A DNA stretch of 61,869 nt, the filler included, from Dirinaria sp. TL-2023a (lineage: Eukaryota): NCBI GenBank assembly GCA_051941275.1. It is 14 parts of 14 records of this genome, joined end to end, with 100 filler letters (N's around TTAATTAATTAA, not from the genome) between each part and the next. Parts side by side here need not be neighbours in the genome. Positions count along the whole stretch, not along the records: positions 35,521 to 39,841 come from JAVEBF010001863.1; positions 39,942 to 44,260 come from JAVEBF010001864.1; positions 44,361 to 48,672 come from JAVEBF010001865.1; positions 48,773 to 53,081 come from JAVEBF010001866.1; 10 more parts are not named here. The stretch is one strand, 5' to 3'. The position numbers and the translations under genes were made by a program. Positions 35,522 through 48,998 of this stretch are shown here, piece after piece (position 1 is the stretch's first letter; the number at the start of each line of letters is the position of its first letter). The notes under the pieces were generated by a model that was given only the letters and a program-made list of their open reading frames with translations, had not been told where the DNA came from and ran no database searches.

Positions 35522-37294
35522 TTCCTCAGCACTGCAGAGCTGGCAGGGACAGATTTTACGGCCGAAAAGATGAACAATGTCAAGATAATACATACAGATC
35601 AGCGAAATCCGTACCTGCTCTCGGCGGCTGAAGAGCGATCCACCATGAGAAAGCAAGCTGCGAAGCGAAATCGGTTGACTGTCCCTAGGCGCCCAGCCTG
35701 GGACGAGTCAACCACACCTCACGAACTCGATCGGAAGGAGAGGGCCAGCTTGCTCGATTGGAGAAGAGGACTGGCGGAGCTACAAGAGAATGATGATCTC
35801 CTAATGACACCCTTTGAACGGAATCTCGAGGTATGGAGGCAATTATGGAGGGTCATCGAGAGGTCCGACCTCGTGGTGCAGATCGTCGATGCTAGGAACC
35901 CATTACTGTTTCGCTCGGAAGACTTGGAATCATATGTGAAAGAAGTCGACCCTAAGAAAAATAACCTTCTGCTGGTCAACAAAGCCGACATGATGACTTT
36001 GGGTCAGCGGGAGGCTTGGGCGGATTATTTCCGGAAGGCTGGTATCAACTACAGATTCTTCTCTGCTTCGCTAGCCAAAGAGCAAAATGAAGCCATGGAT
36101 TCCGAACCGTCTGTTGATGGAGAAAATTCATCGGGACGCAGCAATGCACAAGCGGCAGTAGTTGACGGCGGTGACAAATTAGCAAAGGAGGCAGAGAGGC
36201 TTGACGTCCAAGATGCTGAGGCAGATGAGGAGCAATGGGCAAGCGAAGAAGAGCTAGATGACAATGCTGATCAACGAACGAGAATATTGACGGTCGACGA
36301 GCTCGAAGCGCTTTTCCTTGAGAATGCGCCCGAGTTAGAGGACACCATGGGGACACCGCATCGAAAGACCCAAATTGGCCTTGTGGGGTACCCCAACGTA
36401 GGGAAATCATCAACCATCAACGCATTGATAGGGGCGAAGAAAGTGTCTGTGTCCTCAACTCCTGGCAAAACGAAGCACTTCCAGACCATCCACCTAAGCC
36501 CTGATGTCATACTATGCGACTGCCCAGGTCTGGTTTTTCCCAACTTTGCAACGACGAAAGCAGAGCTTGTCTGCAATGGTATCCTGCCCATTGACCAGCT
36601 ACGAGAATATACTGGCCCGGCCGGTCTTGTAGCGCAACGAATACCGCAGTCTTACTTTGAGGCGCTGTACGGCGTCAAAGTGCACACGCGGCCAGTCGAA
36701 GAAGGCGGCACCGGTTTACCCACAGCAGAAGAGATCCTCGTCGCTTACGCTATTGCGCGTGGTTTCGCAAAGACAGGCCAAGGGCAACCTGACGAGTCAC
36801 GAGCCGCGCGGTACATTTTGAAAGACTATGTTAGCGGCAAGCTACTGTTCTGCCATCCTCCGCCGAGCGATCCGCCTTACGATCCTCGTGCGTTCAACCG
36901 TGAACTCTACAACGTCGCGCATCTCCCCCAAAAGCGACGTACCATCCTAGCAGCGCAAACCGAAGGCTCAATTACAGGTTCAGAAGATCCGTCCTTGATG
37001 GATGATCCGGAAGCAGTCCCAGCGCCGCCGATTGAAGGCGAGAAATCCAATCGCCTTGACAAAAGGTTCTTTGGCCCGGGACAAGGGAATAATGCGGGTC
37101 ATTTAACGATGCCTTTCAACCATCGGTACAGCGAGCAAGGTATCGCTGCAAACAAGCAGTTGAGTGGCCGCAAGGAGCGGGCGATGCTGGCTTTGGAGCG
37201 TAATATCGACCCTGCAGATCTGAAAATGAGTAGCAAGAAGCACTTCAAAGGGCAGCGGCGCAAGAAGAAAACGGCGACAAGCGAGGATTATTGA
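35522..37294 (+). CDS. LSG1: Large-subunit GTPase Lsg1 (circularly permuted), 5' truncated
   Basis: TPFERNLEVWRQLWRVIERSD, DARNP, NKAD (G4), GYPNVGKSS (G1), TPGKTKHFQT, DCPG (G3). Confidence 0.97.
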   Translation, partial: FLSTAELAGTDFTAEKMNNVKIIHTDQRNPYLLSAAEERSTMRKQAAKRNRLTVPRRPAWDESTTPHELDRKERASLLDWRRGLAELQENDDLLMTPFERNLEVWRQLWRVIERSDLVVQIVDARNPLLFRSEDLESYVKEVDPKKNNLLLVNKADMMTLGQREAWADYFRKAGINYRFFSASLAKEQNEAMDSEPSVDGENSSGRSNAQAAVVDGGDKLAKEAERLDVQDAEADEEQWASEEELDDNADQRTRILTVDELEALFLENAPELEDTMGTPHRKTQIGLVGYPNVGKSSTINALIGAKKVSVSSTPGKTKHFQTIHLSPDVILCDCPGLVFPNFATTKAELVCNGILPIDQLREYTGPAGLVAQRIPQSYFEALYGVKVHTRPVEEGGTGLPTAEEILVAYAIARGFAKTGQGQPDESRAARYILKDYVSGKLLFCHPPPSDPPYDPRAFNRELYNVAHLPQKRRTILAAQTEGSITGSEDPSLMDDPEAVPAPPIEGEKSNRLDKRFFGPGQGNNAGHLTMPFNHRYSEQGIAANKQLSGRKERAMLALERNIDPADLKMSSKKHFKGQRRKKKTATSEDY

Positions 37295-37941
37295 AACGGC
37301 GAATGTCTTCTGCATCTTGCTGGCGTTCCTGAAAGTAAGTTTGCATACATGAGATGAATAGAAAGATACCCAAAATGCATGTATCGATACGGAGCTCCTA
37401 TAAGGAAGTCTAGTAGTATATTTGGCTTGATACCCTTATACGGACCACTCGAAGCTGCAATAACACGCGATTACTGGGGTTTGCATTGGGGGAAAAAAAA
37501 AAAGAATCTTCCTAGGAGAATGATTCAGTAAATTTCCCACGCATGATTATTGGGCTTGGAGGCTGTTCTTGAAGCCTGCTTCCGAACTCACCCTTGAGAC
37601 GGAAAGACAAGTGATCTTGGAATGGTCAGTACAAGAGATTGGAAAGTGACCACTGTTATTATTTCCGTCTGAGCTTTGAAGGTTGATTCCAATCTCAGGT
37701 TCGATCATCGGAGATTATTTGAGACCTTTAGGCTTTCGGAGGAAAGCCACGATGAGAAGCGGGCTTGGCAAGGAAATCACGTTGTGCCGAGGTCCAAAGG
37801 GAAATTGTGGGGTTGATGCTGCAGTTCGACAACTTAGATAGAATAGCTTTGAACGTCCCTTTACCATGTGTACAGATCCCCATGACTATCGTTTGTGGCC
37901 TGCCTGCGAGAGATTCGTTTTAATTTAATGCTACGATCAAG

Positions 37942-39500
37942 ATGTCGAAGACCGATTTCATGCAAGCACTCCTTACCGACGGCAAGAAGCCTCTTACGGC
38001 AGTAGAGAAGATCCCCATCATCGCTCAAGGAGCTGTCAGTGGTCGAGCGAAAGAGACATTAAATCAGGTAGGAAAATTCTCCGCAGAGTTAGCCCATAGA
38101 ACTAACTGCTGACAATTTTTCCTTCCCCTTCTAGGTAGAGAGGTTTGTCGAAGAAGAATGCATACCAGCAGACGCAGTCTTCCACGCGCAACTAGGCGAA
38201 GGCGAGAAGAGATGGAACTCATGGCCACCCATCATCGATCACCTGAAGGATAGAGCGAAGAAATTAGGACTGTGGAATCTTTTTCTCCCCAGGAATCACT
38301 TCAAGGAGGGTGCGGGCTTCACGAATCTCGAGTATGGCTTGATGGCGGAATATCTAGGGAAGTCAAGAACGGCGTCGGAGGTACAGGCATATCTTCTGCG
38401 TGCCGCATGTTCATGCTGAAAATGATTCCAGGCGACCAATTGCGCGGCGCCTGACACTGGTAATATGGAGGTTTTGGCCAGATACGGTACGGAGGCGCAT
38501 AAGAAGGAGTGGCTGGTGCCTTTGTTGGATGGCAAGATACGTTCCGCTTTTTTAATGACTGAACCCGATATTGCATCGAGTGATGCTTCAAATATCGCAA
38601 TGACTATGTTGAGAGATGGTGATCATTATGTTCTGAACGGCTCGGTATGTTTTCTTCTTCCATGGTCGCTATTCAGATCTCTGACCTCGTCTGCAGAAAT
38701 GGTGGAGTAGCGGCGCTGGCGATCCCAGGTGTAAGCTATACATCACGATGGGTAAGACAGATCCGAACCACAAAGACATCTACAGGCAACAGTCCGTTAT
38801 TCTGGTACCCGCAGGGACACGAGGTGTGACTGTGCAACGGGTTCTGAATGTATATGGCTACGACGACGCACCCCACGGGCATGCTCAGATCAAATTCGAG
38901 AACGTACGCATACCTGCTTCAAATATTGTTCTCGGCGAAGGTCGAGGCTTTGAGATCATTCAAGGACGCCTTGGACCCGGTCGGATTCACCACGCTATGC
39001 GGTCAATAGGTGCTGCCGAGAAAGCCTTAGATTGGATGCTTGCACGGGTCAATGACTCGGGAAAGAAGCCATTCGGCAAGCAGCTCAATGAGCACGGCGT
39101 CATCCTCGAATGGATAGCGAAGTCCCGGCTAGAGATCGATTCGTCACGGCTGATAGTTCTGAATGCAGCCATGAAGATCGACGAATCAAATGCGAAAGGG
39201 GCTCTAAAAGAAATCGCCGAAGCAAAAGTGCTGGTGCCTCAGATGGCACTGACGGTCATTGATCGAGCAGTGCAGAGCTTCGGCGCGGCAGGTGTCTGCC
39301 AGGATACGCCGCTGGCGAATGCATGGGCGCAGATCCGAACTCTCAGAATAGCGGACGGACCTGATGAGGTGCACCTGCAGCAGATGGGAAAGAATGAGAA
39401 TAAGCGCGGAAACGAAGTCACACGGAAGTTGGAGTGGCAGAAGAAGAGGTCCGAGGAGCTGATGAATGAGTGGCGAGTGATGCCAAAGTCACATCTGTAG
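37942..39500 (+). CDS. Acyl-CoA dehydrogenase (ACAD10/11-like), probably peroxisomal
   Basis: [68 protein letters not shown]-terminal SHL PTS1-type signal; three introns. Confidence 0.93.
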
Positions 39501-40694
39501 AGTATGAAGGGAGTATAATAGCAGGGTGAGATTTTGCCCACCTTCAGCGTGCTGCACGGCAGGTATTTGTGCTGCTGGACAATGGGAAGCCGGGAAAAGA
39601 TGGCTCTTTTGCAAAAGAGAAAAAAAAAAACAATTCGCGCGGATCGGTCTACAATTGTATATAGCAATACCAAGTAATAATGAATAATAGAAAGATACTG
39701 AATCCTAAGTGTTCCATGTGAGGTAGGCTACACACTATCTCTGCGTTACTTTTCCTGAGTAACGATAACCGTTGCCCCCTCCAACCCGCGCCTCCGAACC
39801 CTAAACACCAATTCCTACCTAAACAAAAACCCCCCCTCCATNNNNNNNNNNNNNNNNNNNNNNNNNNNNNNNNNNNNNNNNNNNNTTAATTAATTAANNN
39901 NNNNNNNNNNNNNNNNNNNNNNNNNNNNNNNNNNNNNNNNNACGAACACCCGTTCAATTGGCGAGTGGCGAGGAGCATTTTAAAGGTACATTACAGTAAT
40001 CTTGCTGTCTGGGGTCTGTCTGCCTCAAGAATAATAATAACGGATTTTTGATTTTTGATTTTTTTTTTTCCCTCCATCCCAACTTTTTTCATCATCCAGC
40101 ATTACCTTTTGACATCCATGCATACAAGTCAGTGACATTGCGCGCCTTTCCCCCCCCCCTTTCAATACGCGCTTGGGCCATGATACTACTGTGAAGATCA
40201 GTAGTACGAGTACCACGACTTACCCCTGGACGCCAAGCCACAGGCCTTATCGAGATTCGGATTCGCTTCCCTCCACTTCCCCCACTCGACCTGGCGATCT
40301 GCTCGCCCATGACGAGCCAGCTCTGACCAAGGTACTCGTACACGACCATCACACATCCTTTGCGTCAACGCCCGTGCGAGGCGCTTGACCGCGAAATCCC
40401 TGTTTTCACGGTTCCACATTCCCTCGGAAGCCAAAGTCAAGCTGGATCCTCGACTGCTTGGCCACTCCGTGCAGCCAGAGAATTGAAGCTGGAACGACCG
40501 GCCAGGCAGGCCATCACGAGCGAAAGCAGATTTGCAGCCTTCATACGGGTTCATCGTTTTTCATTTCGTCAGAGTTCGACAGACAGTCACTCACGCAGCC
40601 ATTGTGAAAGAGCAAAAGGTGGCGACCGGGGTGCGGCCTCATCGACAACTCCAGCTGCTCATTCCGCGCTCCACTATTTGGTCCCCAGCCGGCC

Positions 40695-43210
40695 ATGTCC
40701 GTGGCTACTATGATGCCTTCCGCATCACGGATGTCAAGGGCATCGACCTCCTCCTCGTCCTCCTTCGCACCTGTCTCTCGTCAGAACACTATTTCCTCCC
40801 ACGATGGCCGCTCAGCGCGCCAGTCCAAACGATATTCGACCGCCCTGTATCTGTCCATGTCCGCCAAAGAGAAGGACCTCGAAATCGAGGACGATTTGGC
40901 AAGGGGTGAGCAAAAGGTGCAAGCCTGCATGAGAAGTCAAGGCTGATTCCCCGCCAGCGCAGAAGGTTCAGCGTGACTACAAAGCTAAGATCTCAAGCCA
41001 GTCAAAGAAGAATTTCGTTCTCGAGAAGGATGTACGATATCTGGACTCGAGAATAGCCCTTCTCATCCAGAACCGTATGGCTTTGGAAGAGGTGCGTAGC
41101 CCGTGCTTCGAGGCTATGCCTCTAACGCTGATGTTGTTTAGCAAAACGAAGTGGCAAGTCATCTTGAGGAAGCATCTGATCTACAGGAAGGCTTCTTCCC
41201 GAATGACGACCAGACGCAGAAATACGGCAACCTCCTTTTCCTCCTTCAGTCAGAACCCCGGCATATCGCCCACCTCTGTCGTCTGGTCACTATGACCGAG
41301 ATTGACTCATTGCTACAGACAGTGATGTTCACCATCTACGGGAATCAATATGAAAGCAGGGAAGAGCATTTACTTTTAACCATGTTCCAGTCGGTTCTGA
41401 CCTACCAATTCGACAACACCCCTGAGTACTCGTCACTACTGCGGGCTAACACCCCTGTGTCTCGCATGATGACTACCTACACAAGGAGAGGGCCCGGTCA
41501 AAGCTACTTGAAAGTCGTTCTGCAAGATAAGATCAACTCGCTCATCGAGCTGAAAGATACAGATCTAGAGATCAACCCGCTGAAAGTCTACCAGAGTATG
41601 GTCACCCGAATTGAGGAGGATACGGGGCACGTGCCTGATTATCTCCCGAAAGGCATTACCGCGGAGCAAGCGGCGGAGAACAAAGATGTGCAGAAGATTA
41701 TTGCTCCAAGGCTCACAATGCTGATGGAGATCGCAACATCATTTCTTGAAACCATCATCAATGGGTTGGACGAAACACCCTATGGTATCCGATGGATCTG
41801 CAAGCAGATCAGGAGCCTCTCGAAGCGGAAATATCCAGACGCCCAGGATCAGACAATTTGCACTTTGATCGGAGGTTTCTTCTTTCTGCGCTTCATCAAC
41901 CCAGCTATCGTCACACCACGTTCTTACATGCTCATTGATGGAACTCCTGCAGATCATCCAAGGAGAACGCTCACCTTAGTCGCGAAGATGTTGCAGAACC
42001 TTGCGAATAAGCCATCTTATGCAAAGGAGCCGTATATGGCCAAACTCCAGCCTTTTATTCACCAAAACAAGGAAAGAGTAAACAAATTCATGTTAGATCT
42101 TTGCGAAGTACAAGATTTCTACGAGAGCCTGGAGATGGATAACTACGTAGCACTGTCCAAGAGGGATCTTGAGCTCTCAATCACACTTAACGAGGTATAT
42201 GCCATGCACACCCTGCTTGAGAAACACAGTACAGCTCTAGCCAGAGACGATACCTCCCACCTCAGTCTCATCCTGCAAGAGCTTGGACCAGCCCCAGCGC
42301 AACTACCGAGGAAAGAGAATCGAGTGATCAACCTCCCCCTCTTCAGCAAATGGGAGACGGCCATCGACGATCTGACCGCTGCCCTCGACATCACACAGGA
42401 AGAGGTCTACTTCATGGAAGCAAAGGCAACGTTTGTTCAGATTCTCCGGTCTTTGCCCGCTAGTTCTTCTGTGGCTCGCCGACCCTTGCGCTTGGAACGG
42501 GTTGCTGAAGCAGCTGCAACCCTGAGGAATGATGCCGTGATGGTACGAAAGGGCATCCGAAGTATGGAGCTACTGTCGCAATTGCAGGAACTCAATGTCA
42601 CCAACAAGTCTGACGGGTTCGCTCTCCTGCGCGATGAGGTGGAATATGAGCTATTTCACCTCGGAAGCTTGAAGGAAAGAGTGCTTGAGGAGATTAAGAA
42701 GCTAGAAGAAGTCTTTCGAACCATCCGCGACCACAACGCCTATCTAGTCGGCCAATTGGAAACGTACAAAAGCTATTTGCAGAATGTGAGGAGTCAATCC
42801 GAGGGAAAGACCAGAAAACAGCAGAAACAGCAGGCGCTAGGGCCGTACAAATTCACGCATCAGCAGCTGGAAAAGGAAGGAGTGATCCAGAGAAGCAATG
42901 TTCCAGATAATCGACGGGCTAACATCTTCTTTAACTTCACGAGCCCGCTGCCAGGCACATTCGTTATCAGCTTGCATTACAAAGGTAACGGCAGATGTAA
43001 CCCTGGTTATGCACCGGCCCTGTTTGCTGACATGAACCAACGACAGGTCGCAACCGAGGTCTGCTTGAGCTCGACTTGAAGCTCGACGACTTACTGGAGA
43101 TGCAAAAGGACAATCAAGAAGCGCTCGACCTTGAATATGTCCAATTCAATGTGCCGAAAGTCCTTGCTCTGCTCAACAAGCGATTCGCCCGAAAAAAGGG
43201 TTGGTCGTAA
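40695..43210 (+). CDS. gapA: Ras GTPase-activating protein (Sar1/Gap1/GapA type)
   Basis: [43 protein letters not shown] (RasGAP signature), AKMLQNLAN, RasGAP-C region ending FARKKGWS*. Confidence 0.93.
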
Positions 43211-45055
43211 TGCGTGAAAGATACCATGAAGGATGAATTTGCTGGCGTTCCAAATTCAGCATTGATATCAAGGGACATTGGGTAATTTGGCTTGGGCCTT
43301 CTTGGGCTTGCTTGAAATGTTTGGGAGATACCTTCACTCGTTGTGCACACGGAGGCGGCGCTATTATTGGAGTTGATAAACTTCGAGAGGCGGAATCCGG
43401 AGTTTCTTCATCACATCATATACCACTAAAACGGTCATTTACCCAACACCAACAACACATTGGCTACCTGGTCGGCAGGGTCGATCAAACTTTACCAGGT
43501 GTTCGAAGCGAGAAACAATAACCATGGAACGAGAGTATCTTAGGCCAGCCATTACCTTGATCGGTTGGTTCTGAAAAAGGGGGTTTCCAAGTGAAGCGCC
43601 GAAGGTACCGTAGTAAGGTCAAGGGACGCAGGATCCACCTTACTTCCAAGCGTCTTATAAGCAACTGGGTTATTTCTTTCCGCGCGCGCGTTCCGTCGAT
43701 TTGCATATGAGGATTTTTCACCTTACTAGTTATTACCTACTGTACTTGCGCCAGGGCGGATTTTTGATGCGGGCCTTTTGCGAAGGCACCTACCTTAGGT
43801 AGAGTAGTTCGCTACAGCCGATTCTTGCGCTTCGAACTACTACTACTACTACTACTGTGTTTCAAATGTTTCAAATGCAGTTACCTACCTACTTAGTTCC
43901 CCCGGATTCTTCGTCCCCGGATTCTTGCGTTCCATGTTTCTTATTCCCATCGTTTCCATCGGCATCAATAATAGTCAAGCTTTTATTCTCGCTTTTTTTG
44001 CCGCCTGTCAAAAAAATCAGCCCTTTACTGTCCTTTTGTGCACGAGCCGCTTGGGGTGTCCGAGTGAGTCTCTACATGCGTAGGATCAAAATGCGATCCT
44101 TTGCTCCCATCCCATAACTCAATCCCCTACTTCCCTACCTAAGTATCCTTACCTCCCCAATATTAATATCCCCCTCCAAAAAAAAAAAAAAAAAATGCAC
44201 ATCCCAATCCCATCCCTCTCCCCGCTCCTAACATCCATATCCCTATCACTCACAATCCTCNNNNNNNNNNNNNNNNNNNNNNNNNNNNNNNNNNNNNNNN
44301 NNNNTTAATTAATTAANNNNNNNNNNNNNNNNNNNNNNNNNNNNNNNNNNNNNNNNNNNNGGGGAAGTGTGGTGGGTGCGAAGGACAGTATGAGCAAAAC
44401 AACTGGCGCCGAATGGTGTAGAGTAAGGACTAAGGCATCCCAAACAAGCCATTGCTGAGAGCTGAGACAGCCTGAAGTTGAAATGGGCTAAGCATTGACG
44501 CTACTCGGCACCGGAGACGACGGTCTCTCGGCCCGTACTCTAGCCACTCCGTTCTTCATCCAGGAGGATTATTAGTTATTACTTACATAAACCTAAGGTG
44601 CTTTAATCAAGGACTCCTAGTCTCCTACGCAATCCAACGCCCTTTAATAAGGTAAGCGGCCTTACCTCCCTGTTGGAAAATTCGGACACTTTCGGGGAGG
44701 CTCGGCGCGTTTAGTATCCGAATTTCCCTGCAAACAGAGACGAGGCCTGAAGGGGGACTTCGGGAGCGTGAGGTACTTACTCCGCACATACCTGACCCTA
44801 CCTTAGGTAAGATTACTTGAATAAGGTAAGGTAGTTTGAAATCAGAAAAAGTCACATCCAACAGAAACCACCCAACCTGAGGTACTGCAGTATTGATCAT
44901 CTGAAACCTTATCGAGGCCTTACATAGAAGAGATGCTTGGTGTTTCACTTTCCCCTCATTCAACCCTTGACCGCCGTCTCAGGATCTTTTCCTCTACCAA
45001 CAGCAAATTTGTGGTTTAGGTGTTCATGCAAGCCTTCCCATATGTCCCCATGCCG

Positions 45056-47858
45056 CTAAAAGAACAAAATCTGGTCGTCGCCCCATCCTTGATCCTTCAA
45101 CACCAGATGGATGCTTTTTTCCAGGGGCTCAGGCCCGCAAATCAGGACGAGACTCCTCTCGTCCCTCGTACAATGTGCTTCGACCAACTCGGCCCCAATC
45201 CTTCCCCGGAGACCGGTCCAGCCGTCGGGCGCCTTGGTCAACGTGTAGAGTACTCGGGCTCTGTGCTCGTTTCCCCGGATCATCTCGTCAAGGTCTTCTT
45301 TGCACAGAATGTCTTCCACCAGCCTGTTACCGTTCAGAACGGTGCATTCGGTGCCATCGTTCTTGTCCTGCATCACTGCTCGCAGCACCTGGAAGATAGG
45401 CGTGATGCCGCTGCCGCCACAGATCATCGCGAAACGACTGACTGTCCTCTTCTGGCCGTTGATCGAGCACAAGCCTCTGCCGTGATATTCGAACTTGCCG
45501 ATTGGTCCTTTGAAATCCACCCCGTGGCCCAATGGTAGTGCATCCATAGCTTTCGTCATCTTGCCACCTTTGACCTCCCGAGTGTCAAAATAGACCTTGA
45601 CGAGGACGTCGATGAAACCGGCTTTGGATTGGTCCGAGATCGGAGTGTAAGCTCTGATGATTGCTTCGCCTGTGGTAGGATCCCGGAGCCGGATCATCAA
45701 ATGTTTTCCCACTGGCAGACCAAGGGTTTGAGTTTCCGATTGGAGCTGGAAGGTAAAGATCCTAGTATCCCAAGAAATTACCTTTTTCGAATGCAAAGGA
45801 GCCGTAGCCCACGCTCGAGGATTCAGAAAAGTGGCACCAGGCTCAGCAGGCTGAGCTCCCACGGCGTCACCTTGGCCGAGAGCTTCCTTGGCAGCCATGT
45901 CGAGGGTGCCGATGTGATAGCCGGGCATCATGCCCTTTGCCGTTTCTGAATCTGCCTGTACATTAGCAGATGGCCATCTCCTAGGTGCATGAAACTTACG
46001 GATAGCCATAAATTCATCGCTAGTATCCATCCCGGCAGCACTGAGAATGCTCTGTGCACCACCAGGATGTTCCTTCATGAAAGTCTTTCCTTCGTACACC
46101 TCTCCATTGACGACGAACCAAGGGTCTTGGTCATTGTCGTGTTTGCGTAATTCGTCAACCGTAATCGCTCTTTGAACGCCTGGCTTTGTCATTGCCACTT
46201 CTTTCGCTACTCCCTTCTCCAACTCCTCGCCCTTCTCATTTCCTATCTGCTCGCCCCAGTAGCCATTTGTTAAGTTGCCACCAGCTTTCTTAACACGCTC
46301 CATCCATCCTCCGGCCATCAGCGCGGGCTGCGTTGGATGTTCGAAATTTAAGACATCGCCTACTTTATTGATGGCAACTCGGAACCATGCGTTGTGCATC
46401 ATACCAAGAACGCTCCAGTAAATGTCCCTGGGCTGAATATTCATGCTCTCATCCATTGCTCTGACAAGCAGATCCTTCGAATCCGCGAGCTCAGATACAA
46501 GAATGTCTAATGACCAAAAAACCCAGCAAAAGCAGCTCTCTCGCCACGACATGTCTAAACGTCCGCCGAAAAGCTCTGAGTCGACCGCACGGTAGCGATC
46601 CTCGGGATACTCGATATCTGCCAATCGCCAACTATTGCCTTTATCCATAGACAATTCTACTCTGGTGATTCGACGTCCACCACCTGCATATGCATAACCC
46701 TTGGCTCTATAATACTTGGGTCCGTTGACGATGCACAATCGCTCGTCATGCGCCGGATACGCGATTGCAGAGTTGACGCTGAGATCGAAGATGGCGTAGC
46801 GCTCGTCTGTCCACCATTCGGTGGTCTTAGCTGCTTCTTCTGGGCTGACCATAGTCGGCAAAACCCGGTTGTCATATATGTGATACCAATTGCCGCTCGG
46901 TCCTTCGGTTATGATTAACTTCTTCAGCCATTTTACGCTCCGGCCCCCAATTTGGCCTGGAATGACAGCCCTCAATGGCTTTCCGTGATCCGGCCGGAGA
47001 AGCTCGCCATTCATCTTGTAGGCAAGCATCATCCCTCGATTTGGATCCATTGCCCAGTTCAGCTTAACAGAGGTGCCATAGAATCCATTTGGCTGTAGAA
47101 AGTTATTGTCAGCGTTGGGTCTGCAGGCGTTAAGTGGGCAGAGGTCTGTATTACCAGCTTGTCAGCTCCCTCCATACAAATGTATCGGGCTTTCCTTTGC
47201 GGCTTGGCTTTTTTCAGCAATTCTGCGATAGCCACGCCCGTGAACAAAGCCGTAGACACGCCAGCGGCTCCCCATGAGAAACCTTTGGATTTTCTCACCA
47301 CATTTTGCTCCTTTCGACGATTCCCCGCGCACACTAATGTGATGGGACAAGTTATCTGTTCGTAATCATCAATGAGCTGACGCAGAGTCAATCTCAGAGG
47401 TTCCTTGACTAGTCTAGGTCATCCAACGTCAGCCATAGCAAGGAACTTCCCACATCTAGCGCGTACCCTTCTACGGTGAATTCCCAGTTGGGGATATCTT
47501 CTTCGCAGACCTTCGGCACAGCACCATGATTTCGGACATAGAATAGCTCTGGACTGGTCAGGAAACCTTCATTGAAAAGAGCCTGCAGCGGTGCTTCAAC
47601 GTTGAAAGGGTGGGTGCCAGTAAGCCTGATTAATCTTGGATCACGAGGAACGTGGGCATCTGGGGTCTTTCTGTCAATGTCGAGTACCTCAGTCGGCACA
47701 GAGCTTCGAGGCGGTAAAGGGATGTTGGCTTCAGACTCTTCCGAGGATATACTTCGTTCTGAGACATTGTCCTCAGTCCTCGGTGGTGTTGGCGGCAAAG
47801 CTTTATATTTGGCCAGTAACTGCTGCGAATGTTTATCGCGAGATGAAATGTCCTCCAT
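45056..47858 (-). CDS. niaD: NAD(P)H nitrate reductase
   Basis: Moco domain YVRNHGAVP, TLVCAGNRRKEQN, PDHGKPLR, GGRSVKWL; cytochrome b5 HPGG; FAD/NAD reductase RAYTP, CGGSGITP, CGPEP; at least three introns. Confidence 0.97.
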
Positions 47859-48139
47859 GGCGATACATTGAGTGCAGGGATCTCAACAGGGTAGGAGAAT
47901 AATGAGAATAAGAGAATCAGGAACGGACGATTACACAGTCACAGCCAAGACTTGATTCACAGCACGGGAATCAGCGGCGAATCAGTGGAGCGTTGTTGCC
48001 AATTCTTCTTCTCTCACACCCGCGGTCCACCACCGAAAACATCCCCTGCAAAACAAAAAACGTCGAACAATAATCAAAGTCCAGACCGAACCACATCGTC
48101 AGGCAGAGAGTAGTACTTTTACGGAAAAGAAATGAACGA

Positions 48140-48246
48140 TGATAGGAGGACTATAATCCGCGGAGGTCCAGTGACGAATGTCGTGCAGATGGCGCGTTCG
48201 ATCCAGGCCCCTTATCTCTCTTTCATCGTGCTAGTGCGGAAGATAA
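48140..48246. promoter_or_regulatory. niaD promoter: NirA-type site plus clustered GATA (AreA-type) sites
   Basis: CTCCGCGG on the minus strand (48158-48165) matches the NirA consensus CTCCGHGG; HGATAR sites at about 48140 (TGATAG), 48212 (minus) and 48241 (AGATAA). Confidence 0.7.
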
Positions 48247-48998
48247 AGTACGATCCGAAGCTTGTCAAGCCAGTTGACAGATCCATTCAGCAGTAACGAA
48301 ACCCTTTCTGGATCCACGGTTCCATTTCGGATCGAGCGGTCATGGCCCGCCAAGGTAGAAATCGCAACTTGTAGTCATCACATTGGGTAATGGCAATGGG
48401 AAAAGGAAATCGTGAAGGCGAGGCTATCCAAGCTGACTGTACAGTCCTCTTTTCGACGCGACCAAGAAGTGAAGATCTGCCGCGGACAGCATCACGTTTT
48501 TTGTTTTTCTTCCCCCCTTCCATTCCTCGTCGACAGAGTCGCAATCGCTTCATGTGTCGCCTGAAAAAATCTTGCCCTTTTTCCTCATGGTAATTGATGA
48601 TGGGAAAGTCACTTTTCGCCCAACAGCAGTAGTGTCACACGAGCAGGTTGGGGTGCCGAGTCAGTGCTGGGTNNNNNNNNNNNNNNNNNNNNNNNNNNNN
48701 NNNNNNNNNNNNNNNNTTAATTAATTAANNNNNNNNNNNNNNNNNNNNNNNNNNNNNNNNNNNNNNNNNNNNATCAGCATCTAGAATCTACTTCTTGTCG
48801 TGGGCGCGGGCCTAGTGGGCTGTTCTGAAAGTCATGGAAAATTTCAAAGCTCGCCTTTGCATGATTTTCTTTTCCTGATCCTCCAAGATCGGTGTAGCTG
48901 TCTACATATCAGAAGCAGTTCACACACACAACATCACGAATATCCATCATGCTCCTCGTCGTTTTCCATGCTACCATATTTCAGTTTTGACATCAAGT

